Shown here piece after piece: positions 17,064-24,581 of a stretch of 33,839 nucleotides of DNA (positions are counted from its first letter, which is position 1; each line of letters starts with the position of its first letter). The notes under the pieces were generated by a model. The model made no database searches and was not told the origin of the DNA. It saw only the letters and a program-made list of their open reading frames with translations. This DNA is from Candidatus Saccharibacteria bacterium RIFCSPHIGHO2_02_FULL_47_12 (GTDB lineage: Bacteria > Patescibacteriota > Saccharimonadia > Saccharimonadales > JANWIN01), in the NCBI GenBank assembly GCA_001790455.1, contig MGCP01000036.1, forward strand, positions 353-34,191, in the 5' to 3' direction. The translations under genes were made by a program, and so were the position numbers.

Positions 17064-17839
17064 TGGTCGAAACCCATACTTCACGGATGACTCGCATCAA
17101 ATCAGATGTAGACATACGGGCAATGAAAGAGGGCGGGCGCATGTTGGCAACCGTACTCGATCAGTTGGAGAAAAACCTAGCACCAGGCATGAACACCAAA
17201 GAACTGGCCAACCAAGCAGCAAAGGAGCTAAAGTCACTGGGCGGCAAGCCGGCCTTTTTAGGATACGAGGGTTACCCGGACGTTTTATGTGTATCTGTAA
17301 ACGACGAGGTGGTACACGGCATACCCAAGACCTCAAAGATTATTAAAGAAGGCGATATTGTGGGTTTGGACTTTGGTGTCTTGCATAAGGGGTTAATTAC
17401 TGACGGGGCCAGAAGTCTGATAGCCGGATCAAGTGCATCTAAGGCCGACAAGCAGCTGGTAGCGGCTACCAAACAAGCCCTAGATGCGGCCATAGACGCT
17501 GTTCGCGACGGGGCAAGGGTAGGAGATATTGCAGCGGCTGCGCAGGCCGTGCTCGAAAAACACGGTCTAGGTATTGTTAGGGATCTGGTAGGGCACGGTG
17601 TGGGTGACCATTTGCATGAAGAGCCAAATATACCCAACTTTGGTTCAAAAAATACTGGCCCTATGCTAAAGGCCGGCATGACAATCGCCATTGAACCCAT
17701 GGCTACGCTCGGTGGTTACCATGTTTTTATGGCCGAAGATGGTTGGACGGTTTGCACAAGGGACGGATCGCGTTCTGCCCACTTTGAACACACTGTTTTG
17801 GTTACCAGAGACGGAGCGGAAATACTAACCACGGCTTAG
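17063..17839 (+). CDS. map: Type I methionine aminopeptidase
   Basis: VVHGIP, DFGV..GLITDGARS, GHGVG, IEPM and FEHTVLVT metal-ligand blocks. TAATG overlap with adk. Confidence 0.93.
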   Translation: MVETHTSRMTRIKSDVDIRAMKEGGRMLATVLDQLEKNLAPGMNTKELANQAAKELKSLGGKPAFLGYEGYPDVLCVSVNDEVVHGIPKTSKIIKEGDIVGLDFGVLHKGLITDGARSLIAGSSASKADKQLVAATKQALDAAIDAVRDGARVGDIAAAAQAVLEKHGLGIVRDLVGHGVGDHLHEEPNIPNFGSKNTGPMLKAGMTIAIEPMATLGGYHVFMAEDGWTVCTRDGSRSAHFEHTVLVTRDGAEILTTA

Positions 17840-17894
17840 CTCTACATTGGTCGCTTCTTCCTCGCACTGCACCTAAGCGCTAAGCGGTGAAAGG

Positions 17895-17924
17895 TTGGCA
17901 AATTCCAAGTGTAAGCGTTATACT
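17895..17924 (+). promoter_or_regulatory. ftsA promoter (leaderless)
   Basis: TTGGCA, 18-nt spacer, TATACT (17919-17924). ATG 17931 lies 6 nt after the -10. Confidence 0.6.
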
Positions 17925-17930
17925 TGCCTC

Positions 17931-19163
17931 ATGCGCGAGCAAAATGCTCATATCTTTGTTGGCCTAGATATAGGCACCAGTATGGTTCGTTGTGTGGTTG
18001 GTATGCCAGGCGAGCAGGACCCCACTAAGCCATCGGTCATTGGCCACGGTTCAGCCCCCAACCAGGGTATGCGCCGCGGCGTTATAGTACATATTGACGA
18101 CGTTGTCCAGGCCGTCCAGCAAGCCGTTAGTGAGGCTGAGCGTCTTTCTGGCATGCAGATTGGTCGCGTGACTGTGAACGTTAATGGCAGCCACGTTGTG
18201 GGGGTAAACTCTCGGGGAGTTATAGCCATAAGTACAGCCAACCGAGAAATCACTGCCGAGGATCGGTTTAGGGCAGAAGAAGCCTCGGCAATCATCAAGC
18301 TACCACCCAACCGCGAGATCATTCAAATTTTTGCCAAAAACTATAGGTTGGACGGCCAAGACAATATAAAAGATCCGGTTGGTATGCAAGGTGTTAGGTT
18401 AGAGGTTGACACCCACATCGTCACGGCTTCTATACCAAACCTTCGCAACCTAGATGCTGTATTAGATAAAGCACGCCTATCTGCCTCGCATCATACCGTT
18501 TCTAGCCTAGCTGCAGCCGAGGCTGTTCTAAACAGGCAGCAAAAAGAGGCGGGAACGGTTTTGATCGACATTGGCGCCGGCACGACCAACCTGGTGGTTA
18601 TAGAAGACGGTGAGGTACAGCACATAGCCGTTATACCCATGGGCGGCATACACATTACTAACGATCTAGCTATTGGTCTAAAAACCGACCTAGATATTGC
18701 CGAGGCCGTCAAATTACAGCACGCCAATCTATCTGGTGATACCAAGAGAACACGCGTCTCGGTCACCGTTAATCGCAAAAATCATGCTTTTGACCCTGAA
18801 GAAATACATATGATTGTAGAGGCTCGCGTAGAAGAGATATTTGAGTACGTAGATAAAGAGCTTCGAAAAATCGGGCGTTCGCGAAAATTGCCTGGCGGTA
18901 TAGTTCTGGTTGGCGGAAGCTCCAAACTTCCAGGTATTGCAGAGTTCGCAAAAGAAAAACTAGAACTTGCTGCCCGAATTGGAACGCTAGAATCAGTCCA
19001 GGGACTTAAAGATACTGTGGGTGACCCTTCTTTCTTTACGGCTGTGGGCCTAATGTTACTAGACATGTTGCTTCTGCCCGATAGCCACCACATCTTAGCT
19101 GGCAACGGGGGCAAGGGAGTTTCGGGGCTTATTGAGGGTATTTTTAAGCGCATAAAGCGTTAG
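17931..19163 (+). CDS. ftsA: Cell division protein FtsA
   Basis: Actin-fold motifs VGLDIGTS, IDIGAGTT and IVLVGGSS. The track start at 17895 is a TTG that coincides with the -35 box, so I prefer ATG 17931. Confidence 0.9.
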   Translation: MREQNAHIFVGLDIGTSMVRCVVGMPGEQDPTKPSVIGHGSAPNQGMRRGVIVHIDDVVQAVQQAVSEAERLSGMQIGRVTVNVNGSHVVGVNSRGVIAISTANREITAEDRFRAEEASAIIKLPPNREIIQIFAKNYRLDGQDNIKDPVGMQGVRLEVDTHIVTASIPNLRNLDAVLDKARLSASHHTVSSLAAAEAVLNRQQKEAGTVLIDIGAGTTNLVVIEDGEVQHIAVIPMGGIHITNDLAIGLKTDLDIAEAVKLQHANLSGDTKRTRVSVTVNRKNHAFDPEEIHMIVEARVEEIFEYVDKELRKIGRSRKLPGGIVLVGGSSKLPGIAEFAKEKLELAARIGTLESVQGLKDTVGDPSFFTAVGLMLLDMLLLPDSHHILAGNGGKGVSGLIEGIFKRIKR

Positions 19164-19229
19164 CTTACGCCTAATCTGCAGTTTTTGTATTCACTCATTT
19201 AATATCGTTACGCAAGAGGGTTCCGGCAG

Positions 19230-19258
19230 TTGTTCATTGCAAATTAGTACGCTATACT
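19230..19258 (+). promoter_or_regulatory. ftsZ promoter
   Basis: TTGTTC, 17-nt spacer, TATACT (19253-19258). Confidence 0.6.
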
Positions 19259-19296
19259 ACCACTTATAAAAGTGAGTTAAAGGATAGTTCAGCGAT

Positions 19297-20583
19297 ATGC
19301 CTCAAGTTACACCTGCCATAGAAACATTCGCCCGTATTAAGGTAATTGGAATAGGTGGGGCGGGTGGTGCAGCTATCAACCGAATGGTAGAAGCTGGGGT
19401 TACTGGTGTAGAGTTTATTGCGGTTAATACCGACGCGCAGGCCTTGCATCATTCTAAGGCTAGCGTCAAGATTAATATTGGCAAAGACACTACCAGGGGC
19501 CTGGGTTCTGGTGCCGATCCTTCCGTGGGGCAAAAAGCAGCTGAGGAATCAGAAGAAGAGATTAAAAGCGCCATAGAAGGTGCAGATATGGTGTTTGTGA
19601 CCTTGGGTGCCGGAGGAGGCACGGGCAGTGGCGCTGGCCATGTGGTGGCCAACGTAGCCCGAGACCTGGATATTCTAACTATAGGGTTTGCTACAAAGCC
19701 ATTTGCTTTTGAGGGTGAAAAACGCCGCCGCAACGCCGAAACAGCCATAGATAAACTACGAAAAAAGGTAGACACGCTGATCGTTATACCTAACGACCGC
19801 TTGCTTCAGACTATAGATAGGCAAACTCCGCTTCTTGAGGCATTTAAGGTAGCAGATGATGTTCTGCGCCAAGGAGTCCAGGGCATTTCAGATCTTATCA
19901 CCGTCCACGGGCTTATTAATTTGGACTTCGCTGATGTTAAGACGGTTATGGCTCACGCCGGTTCTGCCCTGATGGGCATAGGACGGGCCAGCGGCGAGAA
20001 TCGCGCCGTGCAGGCTGCACAGCAAGCCATAGAGTCACCTCTGCTAGAGGTGTCAATCGACGGGGCTAGAGGCATCTTGTTTAACGTCATTGGTGGCAAC
20101 GACATGACCATGCATGAAATTAACGCCGCCGCAGAAACAATCACTGCTGCCGCCGACCCAGATGCCAACATTATATTTGGCGCTACTATTAATCCAGAAC
20201 TAGAGGGCGAGATAATCATTACAGTAGTGGCAACGGGTTTTGATTCATCATACTTTGCCAACAGACAGCACGTAGATCGCCCGGAAGCCGCTTTTTCTGA
20301 AGATAAGCACGAAGAATTGCCAGTTGGCGAAGAAGCCATGTCTGACATAAACATGGACCTAGAGTCTAAAAAAGAAGGCATAGACCCACACGAGGAGTTT
20401 CATTCTGACCATCCTGTAGCAAACATATGGACCCTGGGAGACGACAATCACAGCGATAGTGCCAGCCATAAGGATGCGGATGAGGACCCTAGCACAGCTG
20501 AAGAGTCAGAACTAGACAAACCATCGTTTATTCGTAGGCTAAAAAAGGGCAAAAACAAAAAAGACGACGAAAAAAAGGGTTAG
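19297..20583 (+). CDS. ftsZ: Cell division protein FtsZ with a long acidic/basic C-terminal tail
   Basis: [21 protein letters not shown] and the tubulin signature [11 protein letters not shown]. The C-terminal peptide [10 protein letters not shown] follows a ~90-aa acidic linker. Confidence 0.96.
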   Translation: MPQVTPAIETFARIKVIGIGGAGGAAINRMVEAGVTGVEFIAVNTDAQALHHSKASVKINIGKDTTRGLGSGADPSVGQKAAEESEEEIKSAIEGADMVFVTLGAGGGTGSGAGHVVANVARDLDILTIGFATKPFAFEGEKRRRNAETAIDKLRKKVDTLIVIPNDRLLQTIDRQTPLLEAFKVADDVLRQGVQGISDLITVHGLINLDFADVKTVMAHAGSALMGIGRASGENRAVQAAQQAIESPLLEVSIDGARGILFNVIGGNDMTMHEINAAAETITAAADPDANIIFGATINPELEGEIIITVVATGFDSSYFANRQHVDRPEAAFSEDKHEELPVGEEAMSDINMDLESKKEGIDPHEEFHSDHPVANIWTLGDDNHSDSASHKDADEDPSTAEESELDKPSFIRRLKKGKNKKDDEKKG

Positions 20584-20596
20584 CTGGCCCTTTTTG
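20576..20596 (+). terminator. Weak intrinsic terminator after ftsZ
   Basis: AGGGTT-AGCT-GGCCCT stem followed by a T5 run. Confidence 0.45.
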
Positions 20597-20607
20597 TATT
20601 AAATAAT

Positions 20608-20753
20608 ACACCATAATATGGGTTGCAAACCCCTACGGGTAGAGTTATGATGGTTGCACATAACGCTATATGTAGCGATAGCCAAAAGGTTAGCACCTTT
20701 AAAACCATAAAATTTTGCGAATAGAAGTGCTAGCCCTGTAAACTATATGTAAC
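20608..20753. promoter_or_regulatory. Candidate NrdR boxes upstream of nrdR-nrdJ
   Basis: AT-centred palindromes: CCATAATATGG 20611-20621, ACATAACGCTATATGT 20658-20673 (6/8 arms pair), GTAAACTATATGTAAC 20738-20753 (overlaps a possible -10 TAAACT). They are only loosely like the published acaCwAtATaTwGtgt consensus. Confidence 0.3.
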
Positions 20754-20777
20754 TGAGACATCTAAGGAGACAAACCG

Positions 20778-21257
20778 ATGAAATGCAGCCAGTGCCAAAC
20801 CGATGACACCAAAGTCATAGAGTCGCGCGATGTAGCTGATGGCCAAGCCATTCGCCGCCGCCGGGTCTGCATGAAGTGCAATCATCGTTTTACCACCTAC
20901 GAGCGCATAGAAAAACCCCAGCTCATTGTTATAAAAAACAATGGTACGCGTGAGTTGTTTAACAGGGACAAGCTAATGGCAGGGCTTTACCGCGCCTGTG
21001 AGAAAACGCCGGTAACTAGCCTGCAGCTAGAAGAGCTGACCAATAAGATAGAGCAGGATATCTATGAGCTAGGAGAGCCAGAAGTGTCATCTTCTAAGAT
21101 TGGCCAAATAGTTATGGACCGGCTGGCCAGCTTAAACGAAGTAGCATATGTGCGATTTGCAAGCGTCTATCGTCGATTTAAAGATATTGCCGGGTTTGAG
21201 AGAGAATTATCACAGATTCGGGAGGGTAAGACAGGTAGCATTAAAGACAAGGGTTAG
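20778..21257 (+). CDS. nrdR: Transcriptional repressor NrdR
   Basis: N-terminal zinc ribbon CSQC..CMKC followed by an ATP-cone. SD AAGGAG. Confidence 0.93.
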   Translation: MKCSQCQTDDTKVIESRDVADGQAIRRRRVCMKCNHRFTTYERIEKPQLIVIKNNGTRELFNRDKLMAGLYRACEKTPVTSLQLEELTNKIEQDIYELGEPEVSSSKIGQIVMDRLASLNEVAYVRFASVYRRFKDIAGFERELSQIREGKTGSIKDKG

Positions 21258-21440
21258 ATCGGCTGCCCAGTTTCTTTTACAGATGTTAAAAGGAGCTGGG
21301 GAGCTGATGGACGGTTCATAAGAGAGACTAAAGAACCGACTGCAACTCTAAACAAAAACTTAAAAACTAAAAGACTAAAGGCAGTGGGCTTTGTGTACCC
21401 ACTGTCTAATGGTCGCAACAAAACATAACAGGAGGGAACA

Positions 21441-24227
21441 ATGGGACAGACAACAATTCTAGCTCGCCAACGGCTTTTTACGGAGCCAGGCATCAAAGCT
21501 TATAAGGCTCTAAAGTGGGTTAAACGTGACTCATCAATAGTAAACCCCATGACCGGCAAGCCTGTGTTTGAACAAAAAGACGTTCTGTTCCCAGAGGGTT
21601 GGTCGCTCAACGCAATCAACATTGTTGCCCAAAAATACTTTACTGGCACCCCCGGTACCAGTGGGCGAGAACACAGTCTAAAGCAACTAATAGACAGGGT
21701 AGTAGACACTATTACCCGCACGGGTATCCAAGAGGGCTATTTTGAGTCTGATACCGAAGCAGAAGACTATAAAGAAGAACTAAAGTACGTACTAGCCACA
21801 CAGCGCGCAGCTTTTAATTCTCCTGTATGGTTTAACATTGGCGCTCCTGACCGTTCCCAGCAGGCTAGCGCTTGTTTTATATTGGCCGTAGACGATACTA
21901 TGCCCTCAATCCTCAACTGGTACAAAGAAGAAGGCATGATATTTAAGGGTGGCTCTGGAGCAGGCATAAACCTGTCCAGCCTGCGTGCTTCTACCGAAGA
22001 GCTTGGCAAAAGTGCCGGTACGGCTTCTGGCCCAATTAGCTTTATGCGCGGAGCCGATGCTTCTGCCGGAGCCATTAAAAGCGGTGGCAAAACACGCCGG
22101 GCAGCTAAAATGGTCATTTTAAACGCTGACCACCCTGATGTAGAGGAATTTATTTGGTGTAAGGCTATAGAAGAGCGCAAGGCTCGCGCCTTATCAGAAG
22201 CTGGCTACGATATGGACCTAGACGGCAAAGATGCCTTTAGCGTGCAGTATCAGAATGCCAACAACTCTGTAAGGGTTACAGATGACTTTATGCAGGCTGT
22301 CCAAAACGACGATGACTGGCAGCTAAAGGGCGTAAAGACAGGCAAGGTTGTAAAAACAGTTAAGGCCCGCGACTTGTTTAGGCAGCTTGCAGAGGCAGCT
22401 TGGGAATGTGCTGATCCTGGCATGCAGTTTGACACCACTATTAACCGTTGGCACACCGCTCCAAACGCAGGCCGCATAAACGCCTCTAACCCCTGTAGTG
22501 AGTACATGCACCTAGACAACTCTGCGTGCAATCTTGCATCTATCAACCTGCTTAAATATTTAAATGATGACGGAACGTTTGATATAGAGTCATTCAAGCA
22601 CACCGTAGAGCTTATATTTACAGCCCAGGAAATTCTGGTTGGCTACAGCGAATACCCAACAGAAAACATCACCAAGAATGCACGTATCTACCGTGAGCTT
22701 GGTATAGGCTACGCCAATCTAGGAGCCCTGTTGATGGCTCAAGGTTTACCCTATGACTCAGATGAAGGCCGCGCCCAAGCGGCAGCTATTACCGCCCTTA
22801 TGACGGGCCATGCGTATGCTACCAGTGCACGCATATCTCATAGGGTTGGTCCGTTTGCCGGTTTCCACAAAGATCAAGAAGGCATGCTAAAAGTGTTAAA
22901 AATGCACAGGGAGGCAGTTTCACACATAGATGCCGGTTTGGTTAATGAGGAACTACTAAGTGCTGCTGCTAGTGCATGGGACGAAGCTGTAGAACTAGGC
23001 GATTTATACGGAGTACGTAACTCTCAGGCTAGTGTGTTGGCTCCCACAGGTACCATAGGCCTCATGATGGACTGTGACACTACTGGTATTGAGCCAGATC
23101 TAGGACTAGTAAAGGTTAAAAAACTAGTTGGTGGCGGTACCATGAGTATAGTCAACCAAACAGTGCCTCGAGCACTAAAAGTACTCGGTTATAGTAAGGA
23201 CCAGGTAAAGGATATAATTGACTATATTGATGTAGAAAAGACTATACTTGGTGCACCCCACCTCCAGAAAGATCACGAAGCTGTCTTTGCTTGCTCTATG
23301 GGCGACAACTCTATCCACTACATGGGGCACGTAAAAATGATGTCAGCAGTACAACCTTTTATTTCTGGTGCTATTAGCAAAACCGTAAACATGCCAGAAG
23401 AGGCTACAGTAGAAGATATAGAGCAACTCCACATGGAAGCTTGGAAGCTGGGGCTTAAAGCAGTGGCTATTTACCGCGACAACTGCAAGGTAGCTCAGCC
23501 ACTTTCTATGGCTAAGAAGGAAGGCAAAGAAAATCAGCAGCCAATTGCTATGGCGCCGGAAGGTATGAATGACAAGATCATTCTAAAAGGCGCTGTACGC
23601 AGGCAAATGCCCAAAGTTCGTACGGCCAAAACGTTTAGCTTTACTGTAGGGGGCTTGCACGGCTACTTCACTGTGGGTGAGTTTGAAGACGGTAACCCTG
23701 GTGAGCTGTTTATCAGCATTGCCAAGATTGGTTCAACGCTTGATGGCCTTATGGACTCATTTGGACGGTCTATAAGCTACGGTCTTCAGTATGGCGTACC
23801 ACTAAAGACCTATGTAAAGGGAATGTCCCATATGGCCTTTGCACCGTCGGGCATAACTGATGATCCAGATATCAGGACGGCCTCGTCGGTAGTTGACTAC
23901 ATATTCCGCCGCTTGGCTCTAACCTATCTGTCGTTTGATGATCGCCTAGAGCTTGGGCTGGCTAGCATAGACGATATGCCAGAAGACCAAACCAGCTTGT
24001 TGGAAGCTGCTACTGCTGTAGAGGAATCTAGCACACCAGAACCCAAGTTAGAGAAGGTTTCAGATACACCCGCTCCTCAATTTGGATCTGTAGCAAAGCA
24101 ACCAAGCAAACCCTCTACCACCAAAGACGAAACGGCGCCTTTGTGCTACAACTGTGGCAACCAGACCCAAAAAGCCGGCAGTTGCTATGTTTGCACCGCC
24201 TGCGGCTCCACCACTGGCTGCAGCTAG
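21441..24227 (+). CDS. nrdJ: Class II (adenosylcobalamin-dependent) ribonucleotide reductase
   Basis: INIVAQKYF, NPCSEY and ACNLASINL active-site blocks. C-terminal Cys-rich tail CYNCG..CYVCTACG. SD AGGAGGG. Confidence 0.93.
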   Translation: MGQTTILARQRLFTEPGIKAYKALKWVKRDSSIVNPMTGKPVFEQKDVLFPEGWSLNAINIVAQKYFTGTPGTSGREHSLKQLIDRVVDTITRTGIQEGYFESDTEAEDYKEELKYVLATQRAAFNSPVWFNIGAPDRSQQASACFILAVDDTMPSILNWYKEEGMIFKGGSGAGINLSSLRASTEELGKSAGTASGPISFMRGADASAGAIKSGGKTRRAAKMVILNADHPDVEEFIWCKAIEERKARALSEAGYDMDLDGKDAFSVQYQNANNSVRVTDDFMQAVQNDDDWQLKGVKTGKVVKTVKARDLFRQLAEAAWECADPGMQFDTTINRWHTAPNAGRINASNPCSEYMHLDNSACNLASINLLKYLNDDGTFDIESFKHTVELIFTAQEILVGYSEYPTENITKNARIYRELGIGYANLGALLMAQGLPYDSDEGRAQAAAITALMTGHAYATSARISHRVGPFAGFHKDQEGMLKVLKMHREAVSHIDAGLVNEELLSAAASAWDEAVELGDLYGVRNSQASVLAPTGTIGLMMDCDTTGIEPDLGLVKVKKLVGGGTMSIVNQTVPRALKVLGYSKDQVKDIIDYIDVEKTILGAPHLQKDHEAVFACSMGDNSIHYMGHVKMMSAVQPFISGAISKTVNMPEEATVEDIEQLHMEAWKLGLKAVAIYRDNCKVAQPLSMAKKEGKENQQPIAMAPEGMNDKIILKGAVRRQMPKVRTAKTFSFTVGGLHGYFTVGEFEDGNPGELFISIAKIGSTLDGLMDSFGRSISYGLQYGVPLKTYVKGMSHMAFAPSGITDDPDIRTASSVVDYIFRRLALTYLSFDDRLELGLASIDDMPEDQTSLLEAATAVEESSTPEPKLEKVSDTPAPQFGSVAKQPSKPSTTKDETAPLCYNCGNQTQKAGSCYVCTACGSTTGCS

Positions 24228-24265
24228 TCCTTGACCCTATATCCTAAACCCTATACCCTAGCAGT

Positions 24266-24532
24266 ATGAAAGTGCTTGTGCTGTACCGGCCACAATCTGA
24301 ACACGCCAGACGAACTGAGGAATTTGTAGAAAACATCAAACGGCAACACGGGGTAAAACTTGACGTAGTAGATGTAGATTCACGCGACGGTGTGGCTACG
24401 GCCAGCATGTACGACATAATGCTTTACCCGGCGGTGCTAGTGATGACGCTAGATGGCAGGCTGATAAAGCTATGGAGTGGAGAAGAAGTACCACCCATGC
24501 CAAATGAAGTCGTAGCCTATACTTTCAGTTGA
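24266..24532 (+). CDS. Thioredoxin-fold-like small protein with no cysteine
   Basis: 88 aa. The beta-alpha-beta layout (KVLVLY / ARRTEEFVENIKRQ / KLDVVDVD) and a cis-Pro-like LYPAVLV fit a Trx/Grx fold. The CxxC position reads RPQSEH and the protein has zero Cys. Confidence 0.5.
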   Translation: MKVLVLYRPQSEHARRTEEFVENIKRQHGVKLDVVDVDSRDGVATASMYDIMLYPAVLVMTLDGRLIKLWSGEEVPPMPNEVVAYTFS

Positions 24533-24581
24533 TTGCCTAAGCCTAACAGATAAGATATAGTGATTATGAAGTCTAAAACCT

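Noticed and set aside
21258-21440. Cobalamin riboswitch or coding ORF (track 21254-21496 on the - strand) between nrdR and nrdJ
   Set aside because: No B12-box-like sequence or multi-helix junction is evident. The - strand ORF is low-complexity and overlaps the nrdJ start and its SD.
21441-24227. Intein inside nrdJ, a common intein host
   Set aside because: The catalytic blocks are contiguous (NPCSEY .. ACNLASINL ..). There are no Cys/Ser-start or HN-end splicing blocks, and the 928-aa length fits long class II enzymes.
24233-24262. Short direct repeat CCCTATATCCT / CCCTATACCCT between nrdJ and the 88-aa ORF
   Set aside because: There are only two imperfect 11-mers. They probably just form a TTGACC-17-TACCCT promoter-like stretch, which is too little evidence for a separate feature.
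24533-24581. T-box leader upstream of ileS
   Set aside because: The spacer is only 49 nt, far too short for a T-box, and no specifier or antiterminator elements are present.
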